Virus record (IMG/VR): IMGVR_UViG_3300047440_000231
Span: 1 to 45,618 of that record
Source: a virus
Strand: one strand, 5' to 3'
DNA length: 45,618 nucleotides
Positions 7,673 through 15,954 of this stretch are shown piece by piece (positions within the stretch are counted from its first letter, which is position 1; each line of letters begins with the position of its first letter). The translations under genes were made by a program, and so were the position numbers. The notes beneath the pieces were generated by a model. It was not told where the DNA came from. It saw only the letters and a list, made by a program, of their open reading frames with translations, and did not search any database.

Positions 7673-9453
7673 TGGCCGAGCAACTCGCCGTCGACATGAA
7701 AATACCTGATGGCGGCGCGCTCCGCATGCCGGATACGCGCGAGACCGAGCTGGTCAATCAGTTGATCCGCGAGTTCTCGCAATACACCGTGTGGCGCAAC
7801 ACCACCGGGCTCCATTGTGAAGAGATCGCAGAGATCGCGCTGCCGACGTCACGTAACACGTTCTTCTACGGCAACTTCAACTGGCCGGGGCAAAAGAAGA
7901 CCCAGCAGCAGGTCGACGCCACCGCGGCGCTGGCGCTGCATCGGTTCTGCGCCATCGCCGACTCGCTGGTCACGCCGCGCAACTCGCCGTGGCATGGGCT
8001 CGAAGGCGACGACTACGTGATGAAAGACCGCGCCTCGCGGCTGTGGCTCGAGGACACGGTCAAGCTTCTGTTCAAGCAGCGCTATAAGTTCGAGGCTAAT
8101 TTCGCCGCGCAGAACTACAACAACTGGCAATCGCTCGGCGCGTTCGGCAACTCGACCATGTATATCGACAAGCTCGACACCCGCTGGCATCGCGGCACCC
8201 GCGGCCTGCGCTACAAGGCGATCCCGTTCGGCGAGACGTTCTATGGCGAGAACCACCAGGGCCGCGTCGACAAGATGTATCGCTGGTTCAAGCTCACCGC
8301 ACGGCAAGCCGTGCAGAAGTGGGGCTTGAGCAATCTGCCGGCCAACCTGCTCGCGCCGCTGATCTCCGAAAGCCAGTGGCCATACAACTTCCTGCACGTG
8401 GTCAAGCCGAGGAGCGACTACGATCCAGAGCGGCTCGACGTCAAGGCGCTGCCGTTCTGCTCGTACTATGTTTCGCTCGAAGGCCGCTGCCTGATGCCGT
8501 CGCCGGAGACCGGTCGCAAGGAAGGCGGCTATCGCGTCTTCCCGTTCGCGGTCTCGCGCTACGACCAGACGCCGAACGAGGTCTATGGCCGTGGCCCGGC
8601 GCATATCGTGTTGCCGGCGATGAAGACGCTCAATGCCGAGAAGGTCACGTTCTTGACGCAGGGACATCGCGCCGCATCGCCGGTGCTGCTCCTTGCCGAG
8701 GACGGCCTGATGGGCATGGACATGCGACCCGGCGCCAAGAACTACGGCGGCGTCACCTCGGACGGCAAGCTTCTCGTCCATACGCTACCGACCGGCGACA
8801 TCCAGATCAGCAAGGAGATGATGGCGCAGGAAGCCTCGATCATCGACGACGTCTTCCTGGTGTCGCTGTTCAAGGTGCTGACCGAGCATCCCGCGATGAC
8901 CGCGACCCAGGTGATCGAGCTGGTCAACGAGAAGGGCATGCTTGTCGCCCCGACGCTCGGCCGCCAGCACACCGAATATGTCGGCGGCATGGTGTGGCGC
9001 GAACTCGATCTGATGTCCGAGATGGGCATGCTCTCGCCGCCGCCGCCGCGGCTCGCCGAAGCGTTCCGCCAGCTCGGCCACGGCGCCTATGACGTGACCG
9101 ACACCTCGCCGCTCGCGCAGGCTGCCAAGGCCGGCAAGGCGGCCGGCTTCATGCGCTCGGTCGAGATGAGCCGCGAGATCGTCAACATCACGCAGGATCA
9201 GAGCTATCTCGATCCGTATGACTTCGACACCGCGACGCCCGAGATCGCCGCCATCAACGGCGTGCCGGAGCGCTGGATGGCCGATCCGCAGAAGATCGCA
9301 CAGAAGCGCCAGTCCCGCGCGCAGCAGATGGCCCGCCAGCAGGCCGCCCAAGAGGCGCCGGCCAAGGCCGCGATCATGAAGGCGCAGGCCGTGCAGGCCA
9401 AGTCCGGCCTGCCGACCCAGACGCAATTGCCGGCGATCCAGGGTGGCGCGTGA
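7672..9453 (+). CDS. Portal (head-to-tail connector, T7 gp8-like)
   Basis: 593 aa, positioned after the terminase. Has a VYGRGP motif (compare T7 gp8 SYGRSY) and a Gln/Ala-rich C-terminal tail. Confidence 0.8.
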   Translation: MAEQLAVDMKIPDGGALRMPDTRETELVNQLIREFSQYTVWRNTTGLHCEEIAEIALPTSRNTFFYGNFNWPGQKKTQQQVDATAALALHRFCAIADSLVTPRNSPWHGLEGDDYVMKDRASRLWLEDTVKLLFKQRYKFEANFAAQNYNNWQSLGAFGNSTMYIDKLDTRWHRGTRGLRYKAIPFGETFYGENHQGRVDKMYRWFKLTARQAVQKWGLSNLPANLLAPLISESQWPYNFLHVVKPRSDYDPERLDVKALPFCSYYVSLEGRCLMPSPETGRKEGGYRVFPFAVSRYDQTPNEVYGRGPAHIVLPAMKTLNAEKVTFLTQGHRAASPVLLLAEDGLMGMDMRPGAKNYGGVTSDGKLLVHTLPTGDIQISKEMMAQEASIIDDVFLVSLFKVLTEHPAMTATQVIELVNEKGMLVAPTLGRQHTEYVGGMVWRELDLMSEMGMLSPPPPRLAEAFRQLGHGAYDVTDTSPLAQAAKAGKAAGFMRSVEMSREIVNITQDQSYLDPYDFDTATPEIAAINGVPERWMADPQKIAQKRQSRAQQMARQQAAQEAPAKAAIMKAQAVQAKSGLPTQTQLPAIQGGA

Positions 9454-9725
9454 CCCCCGACGAGGCGCTGAAATATCAGTCTGAGAAGAAGGTCGCGTTC
9501 CAACTCGCATTCGGCGGCGCGCACGGCAAGGCGGTGCTCGCCGACCTCGCGCCGTTCTGCCGGGCCAAGGAACCCTGCGGCGTGCCTGGCGACCATGACA
9601 AGACCTGGGGCCTGATCGGCCGCAATGAGGTCTGGCTGCGGATCAATCAGTACCTCGAGCTGACGCCGGAACAGCTCGTGGCGATCAACACCCGGCAGAT
9701 CGAGACCACAGGAGACACTATATAA
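9450..9725 (+). CDS. Conserved phage protein (possibly Bbp19-like, from memory only)
   Basis: GTG start in a GTGA overlap with the portal stop. Motif GKAVLADLAPFCRAKEPCGVPGD. Confidence 0.5.
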   Translation: MTPDEALKYQSEKKVAFQLAFGGAHGKAVLADLAPFCRAKEPCGVPGDHDKTWGLIGRNEVWLRINQYLELTPEQLVAINTRQIETTGDTI

Positions 9726-10573
9726 TGTCTGACGTAGCAGCGGCTGCCGCCACCACGGCGACAACAGCCGCGACGACCGCAGCAGCCACAACGGCGGCCC
9801 CATGGCATGCCGGCGTCGAGCCCGAGATGCTTGGCCACTGGCAGAACAAGGGCTGGAAGACAGAAGACCCCAAGGAGATCGCGCTGGCCGCGACCAAGCA
9901 GGCCCGCGAGCTGGAGCGCCACTTCGGCGTCCCGGCCGATCAGCTTCTGCGGATGCCGAAGGCCGACGCCAAGCCGGAAGACTGGAAGGCATTCCACCAG
10001 CGCCTCGGCGCCCCGGCCGATCCCAAGGAATACGACCTCTCCGGCATCAAGTACGCGGGCGAGGATCTCGAACCCGCCTTCGTCGACTCGATGCGCGCCG
10101 CGCTCCACGCCGTCGGGGTTCCAAAGGACAAGGCCGCCGCGCTCATCGCTCCGGTGGTCTCGTACCTTGAGAACGCCGACAAGGCCGAGGCGACCGTCAC
10201 CGCCGGCAAGATCGCTGCCGAGAAGGCCGAGCTTGCCAAGGATTGGGGCGAGAAGTTCCAGTACAACCACCTCAAGGCCATGGAGGGCGCCGCCCGCCTC
10301 GGGATAACCCCAGAGGCGATCAAGGCGCTCGAAGGCCAGGTCGGCTACAAGGCCGTCATGGAGTCGATGCGCCGGGTCGGCGTCGGCACCACCGAAGACT
10401 CGTTCGTCGAGGGTTCCGCACCTGGCGGCCCCGGCGTCACCACCGCGACCGGCGCGCAGGCCCGCATGGCCGAGCTGATCGCCGACACTGCATGGGGCAA
10501 GCGCTTCACCGCAGGCGACGCCACAGCCAAAGCCGAGTGGGAAGCCCTCACCCGCATGATGTCACCGGAATAG
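9725..10573 (+). CDS. Scaffolding protein (positional call)
   Basis: Lies between portal and capsid. Ala/Glu/Lys-rich and helical-looking, with an N-terminal Ala/Thr low-complexity run. Confidence 0.55.
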   Translation: MSDVAAAAATTATTAATTAAATTAAPWHAGVEPEMLGHWQNKGWKTEDPKEIALAATKQARELERHFGVPADQLLRMPKADAKPEDWKAFHQRLGAPADPKEYDLSGIKYAGEDLEPAFVDSMRAALHAVGVPKDKAAALIAPVVSYLENADKAEATVTAGKIAAEKAELAKDWGEKFQYNHLKAMEGAARLGITPEAIKALEGQVGYKAVMESMRRVGVGTTEDSFVEGSAPGGPGVTTATGAQARMAELIADTAWGKRFTAGDATAKAEWEALTRMMSPE

Positions 10574-10585
10574 GAGCCATATATA

Positions 10586-10909
10586 ATGAGTGAAGAAATG
10601 GAGCTTGGAACCGTGATCGCTGTTCATCCCCAGCAAGAGGCCAACATTCGTAAGCCCGCCAAGGCAAAGCGCGCCTACACCCGCAAGCCTGTAGCTGCTA
10701 CCCCGGCTCCGAAGAAGGACGAGTTCGAGGGCATCGACGACGCGACCTGCTGCGCGGCGTGTGACATCGATCGCTGCGTCATCACCGGCATCAACGTCTG
10801 CGGCCATCCGCGCAAGGGCGGTCTGCAGGCGCGGCAGATGATGGATCGCGCCGTGGTCGAGCGCTACGCGCGCGTCAAGAAGCGGCTCAAGCTCGAATCG
10901 CTCAAGTAG
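10586..10909 (+). CDS. Hypothetical Cys-rich protein
   Basis: ORF track. Motif CCAACDIDRCVITGINVCGHP. Confidence 0.6.
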   Translation: MSEEMELGTVIAVHPQQEANIRKPAKAKRAYTRKPVAATPAPKKDEFEGIDDATCCAACDIDRCVITGINVCGHPRKGGLQARQMMDRAVVERYARVKKRLKLESLK

Positions 10910-10918
10910 GAGGCGTCG

Positions 10919-11062
10919 ATGCCGTTGGACAAGTCGGGAAGCAAGAAGTCGGTCGGCAAGAACATCAAGGCCGAGATGAAGGCCGGCCGGCCGCAGAAAC
11001 AGGCAATCGCCATCGCGCTCAGCGTCCAGCGCCGCGCCGGGCGACACGTCAAGAAGAAGTAA
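10919..11062 (+). CDS. Small basic protein (47 aa, below the ORF-track cutoff)
   Basis: Strong SD AGGAGG 6 nt upstream. MPLDKSGSKKSVGKNIKAEMKAGRPQKQAIAIALSVQRRAGRHVKKK; the KQAIAIALS motif recurs in a widespread small-protein family (from memory). Confidence 0.55.
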   Translation: MPLDKSGSKKSVGKNIKAEMKAGRPQKQAIAIALSVQRRAGRHVKKK

Positions 11063-11072
11063 TACGTTGCCG
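11062..11072 (+). promoter_or_regulatory. Conserved 11-mer ATACGTTGCCG, copy 2
   Basis: Begins on the last base of the TAA at 11060-11062 and opens the 195-nt leader of the capsid gene. Confidence 0.5.
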
Positions 11073-11075
11073 AGG

Positions 11076-11108
11076 CCGAGGTGCCGGAACAGTCTCGTGG
11101 CACCTCGG
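11076..11108 (+). promoter_or_regulatory. Stem-loop in the capsid leader
   Basis: Perfect 10-bp stem CCGAGGTGCC-N13-GGCACCTCGG, 4 nt after motif copy 2. Confidence 0.5.
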
Positions 11109-11257
11109 AATACCGGAGCCCCGCAAGGCCAAGCACCGACCCGGGATGTTACGGCCCCCCATTGGACAAGGCCGAAAGTTTGATGGTCCCCACATGCACT
11201 CTGCATGGCTTGGGCAAGACCGCGGACGTTCGGACCTCACACCAACAGGCGGGAGCC

Positions 11258-12196
11258 ATGTCGGAAAATCTGCCCAAACTGTTCACCACGCAATTCTCCA
11301 CCGTGCTCATGGTCAAGCTGCAGCAGCGCCAGTCGAAGCTGCGCGGCCGTGTGCAGGAAGGCTTTCACGTCGGCAAGCAGGCGTCGCCGATCCAATACAT
11401 CGGCGCGATCCAGATGAAGCCGCCGGCCGGGCGCTATGCACCGATCGGCCGCCAGGACGTCGACTTCTCCCGGCGCTGGGTGTTCCCGGTCGACAAGGAC
11501 GCGAACCAGCTCATCGACACCTTCGATAAGCTCAAGACCGCGCTGGAGCCGACGTCGCAGTATTCCGATGTCGCCGCCGCCGCCGTCGCTCGCGAGTGGG
11601 ATGACCGCATCATCCAGTCGGCATTCGCGACCGCGCAGATCGGCACCGATGCCGGCTCGCTCGCTACCGAGACGTTCAACACCGGATCGACGGTGACGAG
11701 CGCGGGTTTCCAGATACCGTCGAACTTCAATGCTTCGGCCGCAGTCGGCGTCACGGTCTCGAAGATGATCGAGGCCAAGCGCGCGTTCCGCAAGCTGCAG
11801 GTCGACATGGATACCGAGTCATTCACCTGGATCACCAACAGCCAGGGCGAGAGCGATCTGCTCAATCAGGTGCAAGTCGTGTCGACCGAGTTTTCCGGCC
11901 AGTCGCGGCTGGAGGAGGGCAAGGTCACCCGCTTCCTCGGCTTCGACATCATCTACTCCGAGCGCCTGCAACAGTCGTCAGCCAACGTGCGGATGAACAT
12001 CCCGCTGGTGAAGTCCGGCGCCTATCTCGGCATCTGGAAGGACACCGAGAACGACGTCGACCGCCGCAAGGATCTCTCCGGCCTGCCGTACCAGATATAC
12101 ACCATGATGTCGTGCGGCGCGACGCGCCTCGAACCGGGCCGGCTCCTGCAGGTGCTGTGCGCCGACACATCGGCTGCGGCCGACGTGACCCCGTAA
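11258..12196 (+). CDS. Major capsid protein
   Basis: Start at Met60 of track ORF 11081..12196 (SD GGGAG). 312 aa, positioned after the scaffold, with composition typical of HK97-fold coat proteins. Confidence 0.8.
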   Translation: MSENLPKLFTTQFSTVLMVKLQQRQSKLRGRVQEGFHVGKQASPIQYIGAIQMKPPAGRYAPIGRQDVDFSRRWVFPVDKDANQLIDTFDKLKTALEPTSQYSDVAAAAVAREWDDRIIQSAFATAQIGTDAGSLATETFNTGSTVTSAGFQIPSNFNASAAVGVTVSKMIEAKRAFRKLQVDMDTESFTWITNSQGESDLLNQVQVVSTEFSGQSRLEEGKVTRFLGFDIIYSERLQQSSANVRMNIPLVKSGAYLGIWKDTENDVDRRKDLSGLPYQIYTMMSCGATRLEPGRLLQVLCADTSAAADVTP

Positions 12197-12209
12197 AGGA
12201 GCAAGCACT

Positions 12210-12743
12210 ATGGCACTCATCCACGTCAAATCGGCTTCCGTCACCAACCTCGACGCTTCTCCGGCCATCGCCAACTCGGCCGGCGAAGGCGCGGGCGCGG
12301 TCAAAAAGAGCATCACTGGCATCGCCACCGGAACGGCGTCGGCGAACATCGACTCGACGTTCCAGATGGTCCGCGTCCCGTCGAACTGCAAGATCAAGGG
12401 GCTGTACTTCCAGACCCAGGCGCAGGCCGTCGGCGTCACCGACGTCGGTCTCTACTATGCGACCGATGGCGAGGGCGGGCAGGCCACTTCTCTGCTCGTC
12501 GCCGCCGCGATCAACCGGGTGTTCTTCGCGACCTCGATCAACCTCAACACCACCACACCGCAGGACGTGCTGTGCAACCCGATCACCTCGGGCTACACGC
12601 CGGACAAGTGGAACATGCCGCTGTGGCAGGCCGCAGGCCTGACCTCAGATCCGGGCGGCTACTTCGACATCACGCTGTCGCTCACCACCGCGATCACCAC
12701 CGGCGGCGGCATCATGGTGCTCGAATGCAGCTACACGGACTGA
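12210..12743 (+). CDS. Hypothetical structural protein (possible capsid decoration/cement; positional guess)
   Basis: 177 aa, immediately after the capsid gene. Beta-rich, Thr/Ala/Gly-rich composition. Confidence 0.55.
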   Translation: MALIHVKSASVTNLDASPAIANSAGEGAGAVKKSITGIATGTASANIDSTFQMVRVPSNCKIKGLYFQTQAQAVGVTDVGLYYATDGEGGQATSLLVAAAINRVFFATSINLNTTTPQDVLCNPITSGYTPDKWNMPLWQAAGLTSDPGGYFDITLSLTTAITTGGGIMVLECSYTD

Positions 12744-12751
12744 GGTGAACG

Positions 12752-12970
12752 ATGGCAGACCACTTCGTCAGCATCAATCGCGGTCAGGAAGGCATCGCCT
12801 ATTCCGACTTCACGACCGGCGCCGGATCGAGCGGCGCACTGATCGAGCTTCGACTCGGTGACGCTTCCGGCTTCCGGGCGGTCGACATCCTCAAGGCGCT
12901 CGAGGCATTCGAGCGCTTTTTCCAGAACGCCCAGCAGGTCAACGCAGCGGGCTTCGTCGTCAACGGATAG
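12752..12970 (+). CDS. Hypothetical protein (72 aa)
   Basis: ORF track, with an SD-like GAGGTGA upstream. Confidence 0.6.
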   Translation: MADHFVSINRGQEGIAYSDFTTGAGSSGALIELRLGDASGFRAVDILKALEAFERFFQNAQQVNAAGFVVNG

Positions 12971-12978
12971 GGGGAGCC

Positions 12979-13242
12979 ATGGCCCTCGCAGCGGAAAGCG
13001 TCTTCATTGCCTCGGTCGCAGCGGCCGAGAGCACGCGGCAGACCACCAAGGCGGTGGCTGCCGTCGCCTATGGCTTTGTCGCGGCCAACCTCGCGACCTA
13101 TGTCGCGGCTCAGCTTGCCGCCGACGTCGCCTACACCACTGCGGTCAACTCGGCGCGCACCACGTCCGCGCTCAATCTCGGCACGGTCGGTTCTGTCGGG
13201 CCGATCCCCACGGTGTTCGCCTCGCTCACCGGCATGCTGTAG
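12979..13242 (+). CDS. Hypothetical Ala-rich protein (87 aa)
   Basis: ORF track. Shares the AESTRQ motif with 13687..13908. Confidence 0.55.
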   Translation: MALAAESVFIASVAAAESTRQTTKAVAAVAYGFVAANLATYVAAQLAADVAYTTAVNSARTTSALNLGTVGSVGPIPTVFASLTGML

Positions 13243-13249
13243 GCGCCAG

Positions 13250-13690
13250 ATGGCACGCATCGCCTACGGCGCGACGATCGGCCAGGAGCTTGCGGACGGA
13301 AGCTACGTCATCCACGCCGCGATGACGGCGACGGATACGACGCACATCGCATCGGCCGAGGCCGAGCTTGTCACCTTGACGACGAATATCGCGGCGGCCA
13401 AGGCGGCGATCACTGCCGTCGAGGCCGACGTTGCTGTGCTCGAGGCCGATGGGGCAAGCCCGACCCAGGCTCACGTCAATGCGCTGCGGGTGAAATGGGA
13501 CATTCTGAGCGCTGCCGTCACCGCGCTCGATGCTTCGCCGGTCTCAGGCCACATGACCGAGACGGATACGCTCGAAAAGCCTGACGTCGTTCTCGACCTC
13601 GACACGACGGCGGCAGACTGCGGAAACGCGATTCGCTCGGCGGTGCGCGCCATCATGAAGCGGGTCGACGGCACGGGGTTCGGGATATGA
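13250..13690 (+). CDS. Hypothetical Ala-rich, coiled-coil-like protein (146 aa)
   Basis: Internal Met (MARIAYGATIG) of track ORF 13007..13690. Confidence 0.55.
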   Translation: MARIAYGATIGQELADGSYVIHAAMTATDTTHIASAEAELVTLTTNIAAAKAAITAVEADVAVLEADGASPTQAHVNALRVKWDILSAAVTALDASPVSGHMTETDTLEKPDVVLDLDTTAADCGNAIRSAVRAIMKRVDGTGFGI

Positions 13691-13908
13691 GCCAGCAGAA
13701 GACCGGCAACGTCACGCATGACAACGCGGTCTCGGTGGCCGAAAGCACGCGCCAATCGGCAGCCAAGGCGACTGGGGCATCGCAGGCAACCGCGAAGGCG
13801 GCCGACATCGCCCACTATCGCGCGTGTCTCGCCTCGGCGATCGCCAACGGCATCGAGCGCGGCCAGTTCGCGACCGCCCTGCAGCAGCTCGGAACCGGCG
13901 GCGTCTGA
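13687..13908 (+). CDS. Hypothetical Ala-rich protein (73 aa)
   Basis: ORF track, with an ATGA overlap upstream. Carries the AESTRQ motif. Confidence 0.55.
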   Translation: MSQQKTGNVTHDNAVSVAESTRQSAAKATGASQATAKAADIAHYRACLASAIANGIERGQFATALQQLGTGGV

Positions 13909-14198
13909 TGACCTGGAACTCCTACGAGCGCAAGGCTTTTGCCAACATCTCGGCCACCCCGGCGCAGTTCACGCTGCGCGGCGGCCAATATGCGGTGACG
14001 GTCAACGCGACGTTCGGTGGCGGATCGATCACGCTGCAGAAGCTCTCGAATGATAGCACGACGTTGGTGACCTGCCTCACCGCGTTCACGGCCGCCGGCT
14101 ATGCGACGGTGAACTTGCCGAACGGCACCTACTCGCTCACCATCGCGACCGCGACTGGCGTCTACTGCGAGATCGCAGCCGTCGTGACCTCGATGTGA
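13908..14198 (+). CDS. Hypothetical protein (96 aa)
   Basis: Internal Met (MTWNSYERK) of track ORF 13824..14198. TGATG overlap with the upstream stop. Confidence 0.55.
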   Translation: MTWNSYERKAFANISATPAQFTLRGGQYAVTVNATFGGGSITLQKLSNDSTTLVTCLTAFTAAGYATVNLPNGTYSLTIATATGVYCEIAAVVTSM

Positions 14199-14246
14199 TA
14201 CGATGATAGCGATACAGATCATCATCATCGGCCTATGAGGCGCACC

Positions 14247-14348
14247 ATGAGTGCAGCAATCCAGCTCATCATCTTCGGCGGAACAAGCTCTGCATCCGGC
14301 TCGACCACGCCGACGACGCCGAGCGAACCAATCCCGGTCGTTCTCTAA
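14247..14348 (+). CDS. Possible micro-ORF (33 aa)
   Basis: MSAAIQLIIFGGTSSASGSTTPTTPSEPIPVVL, with a weak GAGG SD. Uncertain. Confidence 0.25.
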   Translation: MSAAIQLIIFGGTSSASGSTTPTTPSEPIPVVL

Positions 14349-14359
14349 CGGAGGCTTGA

Positions 14360-15013
14360 ATGCGCAAACTTTGGATCGCGCTGGCCGGGCTGTTCTGCCT
14401 GTACGGCGCGGGGACGGCGCTCGCCGATCTCACCTATACGCAAGGCGTCGGCACCACGCTGTTCGACTTCGCATGTTTCACGACCAAGCACTGCCCGGTG
14501 CATGTGAACATCACCTCGGCAGGCACCGAGAACTTCACCACCGCTGTGCCAGGCATGGTGGATGCTTCAACAGCATCGCAGTTGCATGCCGATCTCACGG
14601 CGGCCATACCGGCGCAGGCTAACCACACCACTAATATAGGCGCTGTCGATTCGATCAGCCAATATCCCGGTGGTGCTATTCCACTCACCGCGAGCGCGAC
14701 GGGAACGACAGGCGCAACAACAGCAACGCTCGCGGCGAGTGCGGGTGGTCTCAAGACTTACATCTGCTGGTACTCGATCCGCGCCAATGCGACGGGCGCC
14801 GTCACGGTCACCAATACTATCACCGGCCCTGTAACTGGCACGCTGTCCTCGCTCATGTGGGTGGCGCCGCTTGCCTCCGGCATCGGCATTGACGAGATGA
14901 TCTTTACCCCATGCATTCCATCCAGCGCGGCGAACACGGCGATCGCCGTCGTCTCTGGTGCTCCCGGTACTGGCGGGAATGTCACTGTGAAGGCCGGAGG
15001 CTATCAACTGTGA
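14360..15013 (+). CDS. Secreted protein of unknown function (Sec signal peptide)
   Basis: N-terminus MRKLWIALAGLFCLYGAGTALA|DL. Thr/Ala/Gly-rich body. Confidence 0.65.
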   Translation: MRKLWIALAGLFCLYGAGTALADLTYTQGVGTTLFDFACFTTKHCPVHVNITSAGTENFTTAVPGMVDASTASQLHADLTAAIPAQANHTTNIGAVDSISQYPGGAIPLTASATGTTGATTATLAASAGGLKTYICWYSIRANATGAVTVTNTITGPVTGTLSSLMWVAPLASGIGIDEMIFTPCIPSSAANTAIAVVSGAPGTGGNVTVKAGGYQL

Positions 15014-15954
15014 TCCGCCGTTTTTTCTGGCCGCTGTTGTTTGCAGCGCTGCTGGCGTGCGCGACGCCGGTCGTTGCGTTCTGGCAATCGCGGGACTCTG
15101 GCTACAATTTATCGTCGGGAGGTGCAGCCGCATTCAGCGGTCCAGGTGATGTCGTCAGCGGCGCCAAGGCGTGGTGGGGCTTGCGGGCCTATAGTCTTGC
15201 GCAGGCCGGCACGAAGGCCGCCAATGTCTGCAATTCCGGTGACGCAAACTGCGCGAATGTCAATACGCTCGCGAACGGAAATTTTGATGTAGCGACCGCG
15301 CAAGGCGCTCCGCTTAGTTGTGGTGGCGGCGGTGGAACCTGCACGATCAAAACGCTATACGACCAATCTGCGGCTCTGAGCTGCACAGGCTCGGTGGCCT
15401 GTGATTTGTCAAACGCGACTCCAGCAAGCCGACCGACATTGGTGTTTAACTGCCTCGGTTCATTGCCATGCATGGCGTTTTCCGGGACTCAATCCCTTTC
15501 GCAGACAATTACGTTTGCTGCGGCAAACGCTCAGCCTGTTACTCTCAGCGCCGTACAGATGCGAACCGGAAACTTTACCACGTCGCAAAGCACAAACGCA
15601 ACGACCAGCGTGAATGGTCCTGAACTGGGATTCGGTTCTTCCGCAAATACCGCAGCTATCTTTGCCGGCAGCACGGTTACTCTTGCGGCAACCGACAGCG
15701 CGGCTCACGCCATCCAAGGTTTATTTTCTGGTGCAAGCTCGATTATCAATGTTGATGGCGTAGACTCGACGCCAGGGAATGCTGGTGCACAAGGATTGCA
15801 ATTCGAGACGGAATTTGGTGGCGACGGATTTGGCGTGTCGATGGTTGGCCGCATGTTTGAGGGCGGAAATTGGTCAGTTGGTTTCACCGGAACACAGCGC
15901 ACAAATATGTGTCACAACCAATTCACCTATTGGGGCACAGCAACGTCGTGCTGA
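15010..15954 (+). CDS. Exported (possibly lipoprotein) protein; N-terminal part recalls a concanavalin-like/AbfB-type domain
   Basis: GTG start in a GTGA overlap. IRRFFWPLLFAALLAC is a signal/lipobox-like N-terminus. RAYSLAQAG...CTIKTLYDQS recalls the GH54 AbfB catalytic-domain pattern (from memory, weak). Confidence 0.55.
   Translation: MIRRFFWPLLFAALLACATPVVAFWQSRDSGYNLSSGGAAAFSGPGDVVSGAKAWWGLRAYSLAQAGTKAANVCNSGDANCANVNTLANGNFDVATAQGAPLSCGGGGGTCTIKTLYDQSAALSCTGSVACDLSNATPASRPTLVFNCLGSLPCMAFSGTQSLSQTITFAAANAQPVTLSAVQMRTGNFTTSQSTNATTSVNGPELGFGSSANTAAIFAGSTVTLAATDSAAHAIQGLFSGASSIINVDGVDSTPGNAGAQGLQFETEFGGDGFGVSMVGRMFEGGNWSVGFTGTQRTNMCHNQFTYWGTATSC

Noticed and set aside
9731-9800. Ala/Thr low-complexity run at the scaffold N-terminus as a DNA tandem repeat
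   Set aside because: The codons vary (GCN/ACN mix) with no fixed repeat unit. It is a compositional feature of the protein, not a DNA repeat element.
11081-11257. N-terminal extension of the capsid ORF from a GTG at 11081
   Set aside because: That start lies inside the leader hairpin and the extension is Pro/Arg/Gly-rich. ATG 11258 has an SD and gives a typical capsid N-terminus.
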